A stretch of 64,000 nucleotides of DNA, taken from Anthoceros angustus. Lineage: Eukaryota > Plantae > Anthocerotophyta. The notes under the pieces were generated by a model. The model ran no database searches and was not told the origin of the DNA. It saw only the letters and a list, made by a program, of their open reading frames with translations. The DNA lies in contig MU008158.1 in NCBI GenBank assembly GCA_010909165.1, positions 3,311,478 through 3,375,477 on the forward strand, written 5' to 3'. Position 1 is the stretch's first letter, and each line of letters opens with the position of its first letter. The translations under genes were made by a program, and so were the position numbers. Below are positions 60,313 to 64,000 of the stretch, piece by piece.

Positions 60313-61946
60313 TCTTGAAAAATGAAAACTCTGTCGGACCCCTCGAAAGGTAAGCTAGTTCTAATTTTGAGTCTAATTCTAATTCTAGTTTCAATTCTAA
60401 TGATCATTTGAATATAATTTTAATTTTAATTATACTAATTCTAATTTTAATTCTAATTTTTGGATGTCGTTGGGCCTATTGCAAGAGTGTACGTGCGATG
60501 ATTGTTCCGCTGTCGCTGTGGCCTGCGTCTCAATCTCCGAAGCAATCAATGCTTCGCGCGTGTCAAATCTGGCGTGGCATGCCATGCCTCGCCCATCACG
60601 ATTCTCTCTCATCATGGTATACTTTAAACGCAACACCATGTACCGGTCCATACAGGATGTCACTGCCGTATTTTGCCCAACACGACACAACCCCAGTATG
60701 CGCACCCACCACAACGAGGTTGTGATGTAAACCAACCATGCTTGATTTTAGAAGCGCACGAATAGGGTGGAAACGAACGCGCGTAAAATTTGCAGGCCGC
60801 ACCGTATTGCAAAACGGAGTGCACAAATACGAATACCACTTGTACGTGTACAGAATTTGAAAAGGCATCGTATATATATTTGAGTAATGACATCGGGCAA
60901 TACGTACCTGGAAGCCAAGGCATATTATATACTTATAGTCTGGTACACGCATAACAATAAAGGCAGGGGAAAAACAAAGGAATGAAAGCAATAATGGCAA
61001 ACCCACATGGGAAGGAGGTTCGTACCAAGCCTCGCAAAATCAACATAAGAGGGTGTAACACTTTGGTTGTTGCAAATATGTTGAAATTTTGAAAGGGCCA
61101 AATACCGCCTCTTACTACACTGCAACAAAATTGCAACAAGATCAGAATGCGATTGTAATAAGATGGAGGGTTGGTTACCAAGCTGACTAGATAAGGGGCC
61201 AAATAAGTGTAACAAGACCCCAAGATTTCAACATAATTGCAACATGGGGGGGTTCAAATCTTAACAAAAAGTGTAACATAGGCGGCCTTTTCTAGTAGGG
61301 TTTTCTGAAGAGAAAGAGAAGCATGCCCCATTCCCCACAATGTGGGTAGCAATGCTATTCATAGGATGTTGCACCAATCAATAGGATTAACTGAACCTTG
61401 TCACTGCACAAAGGTTGGCATGCTATATGCTTGTTTTGCAATTCGAATTGGGTACTGTGCTAATTTGTGAAACATGCTAGTGAAGGAGTCTAGGCTATAC
61501 AAGGCCAGAAACAGTCTGAACAAATTCCTCAGCCCTCGATTGCAAAATTTCTCAGCCCTCGATTGCAAAATTCCTCAGCCCTCAGCCCAATTTTTCAGCC
61601 CTCAGCCCTCGGTTGCAAATGTGTGAGAGGCCACACTCGTACACACAAGCCTTTAGAGACTAAAACAAAGGCATCACAAAGGTATCACAAAGTAAACACT
61701 TTTTTCTTCTTCGGTCTTGAGCGTTCTTCAATGCCCTTGAAACGCACTAACCAGTTGGTCTCGTCATTCGGAACAAACTCCTCTAATACTGCCATCGCTC
61801 AGGCCTCGCCCACCGAAATGCAACTTCCCTAATACGATGTTGTGCTTGTTCCATTATTGCGCAGACCTCAAACAAAATAGCAGCTTGGCTTCCACAATGC
61901 TTGAATACCCATGCAGTTGCATCCAAGTCTCGACGCTGCTTCACCT

Positions 61947-62470
61947 TCAACTCGCCCAAGCTACAGGTTGATGGGAAGAGGTGCGACAACAAGATTGCCA
62001 GATTACCGTTGTATCCTGAACATGATTACCATGTGACATCTCATTCTCCGTAACAAGATTTAGGTCAGGTAATGTTCTTCCTTCTTCTTGTGCGCGAACA
62101 TAAGATCCATTGGTACACCAAGCAAGGCGCAATAACTGGGAAGTATGTTCAAATATACCACATACCTGTTGCACCTTCACAACATGTTTGCAAATGAATC
62201 CTTTCTGCCCCATCCCACAAGTACAAAATGCCCATGGAGAATGTGCAGCCTCAATGACGTAAACTTTGTCACTATCCTCAAAGGACATGCAATATGCAAC
62301 AGTAGACCCAACTACAGACGGGAATATGACAGCCTCGTCTGGGATTGTGCTCGCTGCAGACAAAACATGCTCATATACCTTCTCGAGTTTTAAATTCGGC
62401 TTATAACCCCCAGTCTTGGTGAAATCAAGTATGGAAGACCACATATACACTAGCCCCTCTCTGAAGTGTC
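61947..62470 (-). pseudogene. Mutator/MULE transposase C-terminal fragment with SWIM zinc finger
   Basis: VYVIEAAHSPWAFCTCGMGQKGFICKHVVKV fits the CxC-x(n)-CxH SWIM pattern. The upstream catalytic domain is absent. Confidence 0.65.
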
Positions 62471-62754
62471 GGGATGAACGATTTTTTTTTTTTTGAGAGT
62501 GTTTGTATAGCAAAGTGCTTTGAGAATCGCCTGGGTAAGGTCTTTTATACGAGAATGGTCCTTGGCCCTTGGGATAATAATTTGTTTTTTTTGAACCTTA
62601 GGTTTTCAATTTTTGATAGGTAGGTCGGAGATAGAGTCCTTGGGTTTTGGTGATTTTAGAAATAAGAAAGTGTCTATATATGTTAGGTGCCTACACCGCC
62701 ACAGGGCGCAGCTGGAGGTAGCCGCCCACCACGGTCAAGAACGGGACATGCACT

Positions 62755-63030
62755 GTGGGAGTTTACAACCCTAGTGGCGGAGCACCGCTGCAGCCGAGAA
62801 TCGAGAGACGGACACACCCAAAGACCGCGAGGTTGCGAAATTCGGCTGTGCCGGGCGAGCCGCAGCAGTCGCGCACATGCACCGGCGAGCTCGTCACTGC
62901 AGCAGGACGACGCTGCCGTGGGGCGGCGTGGCGAAGAGCAGGACGTCTGAGACCGGGGTTTACAACCCTAGTGGCGGAGGCGCGACAGTCGGCGCAAGCG
63001 AGAGAGACGGACACACCCAAAGACCGCGAG
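62755..63030. repeat. ~200-bp spaced direct repeat (GTTTACAACCCTAGTGGCGG...GAGAGACGGACACACCCAAAGACCGCGAGG)
   Basis: Motif pair at ~62760/62803 and ~62958/63001. Confidence 0.7.
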
Positions 63031-64000
63031 GAAGAGGCCATGGCTCGAGGCAGGCGTCGGGCGGGCGGGCTGACAAGTGGCGCATCTGCAGCGCTGGGCG
63101 GAGCCTCTGTTTTGTGCGGGTTGGACGCCGTGTCGGTCAGGCACGGCGTGTGGCGGAGGAAGAGAACAGTGGAGTAGCGAAGGAGGAAAAGAGACGCTGA
63201 GGCAAGAGCGCCAGCGCAACGGCAAGTGGAGGAGACGCGCGAGGGTGGTGTTCCCTTTTCTGACCAGCGTTTGCAGGAGTGTTGGGTTCTTTTCCTGAAG
63301 AAACAAGGAGAAAGAGAGATGGCGCCCGAGCGCCGAAATTTCACTCATGCAAAGGCCCAACATGGACCATCGAGAAGGTGAGCTGTGCAGGAGCCGGGTC
63401 CGGAATTTATGGAGATGAAATGGTGTTACGATACCAAAGATTGGTGCAAGAGTGCGCCGCAATTGAGAACCAAGTTGCAAGAGGGAGACGCGAGGAAGAG
63501 GCCGCAAAACTGGATTTGGGACTCTTTCGAGCAGCAGAAGGGCAGAAGGAGGATGGAAGCTTGGTAATTGACCCCAGAAAGAAGACCACGAGGCTGCGGT
63601 GCGCTCATGAAGCCTGGGAAGTGAGAGTGAACAATGGATGGGTGACTCGCCAACTCGTGTTCACACCGGTGGGATTAGCCAAGTGGATTTTGTGTTTCGT
63701 AATCGGAAGTTGGATCATATGGCGCACTACTCGGTCTTTCTTCATGAGGTGGTTAAAGGTACACAATCGATTGGGGCGGATGATCTTTGAAAGAGCCTGT
63801 GGAGGAGAGGCGAATTTGCTCTCCCTTCCCTCGACCCTCCTTGATTTCACCTTTTCTAATTCATGTGTTCGCGATTCCGTGTCTAACGAGTTGGAAGTCA
63901 GGTTCCGCCTTCATAGCCGGAAACCGCCGTGAACTCAAGGTAGAGGAGGAGGAGTGTAAGGAAGATTAGGGAAGGATTCCAGCAGTTGGGAATGCGCTTC

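Overview
Eukaryotic land-plant nuclear DNA. It is gene-dense with mostly 80-170 bp GT-AG introns, consistent with a compact bryophyte- or lycophyte-type genome, though the taxon cannot be fixed from sequence alone. The left two-thirds holds recognisable genes: Tm-1-like (partial), HMG-CoA lyase, BRX1/Brix, an LRR receptor kinase with a triplicated ectodomain segment, HIR/SPFH, IPP isomerase, PSRP3, and an unusual SAWADEE + ASI1-type RRM gene. It also holds a full-length Ty3/gypsy chromovirus (8106-15202; LTRs, PBS, PPT, CAAGT TSD). The right third is a transposon nest. The main discovery is a 12.3 kb cut-and-paste element (47772-60042; AACAYGATA termini, 4-bp CCAT TSD). It encodes a Sola-like DDD transposase and, divergently, a ParB-like domain fused to a beta-class N4C/N6A DNA methyltransferase. 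A 2.5 kb diverged deletion derivative (42876-45344; perfect 23-bp TIRs, AGTA TSD) keeps the 3' ends of both genes, so the methyltransferase is family-level cargo. Repeated regions are indel-rich and look like unpolished long-read consensus. Several 1.1-2.1 kb tandem duplications with 5-9 bp junction microhomology may be biological or assembly artefacts. All protein identifications are by manual translation and motif recognition; no searches were run.
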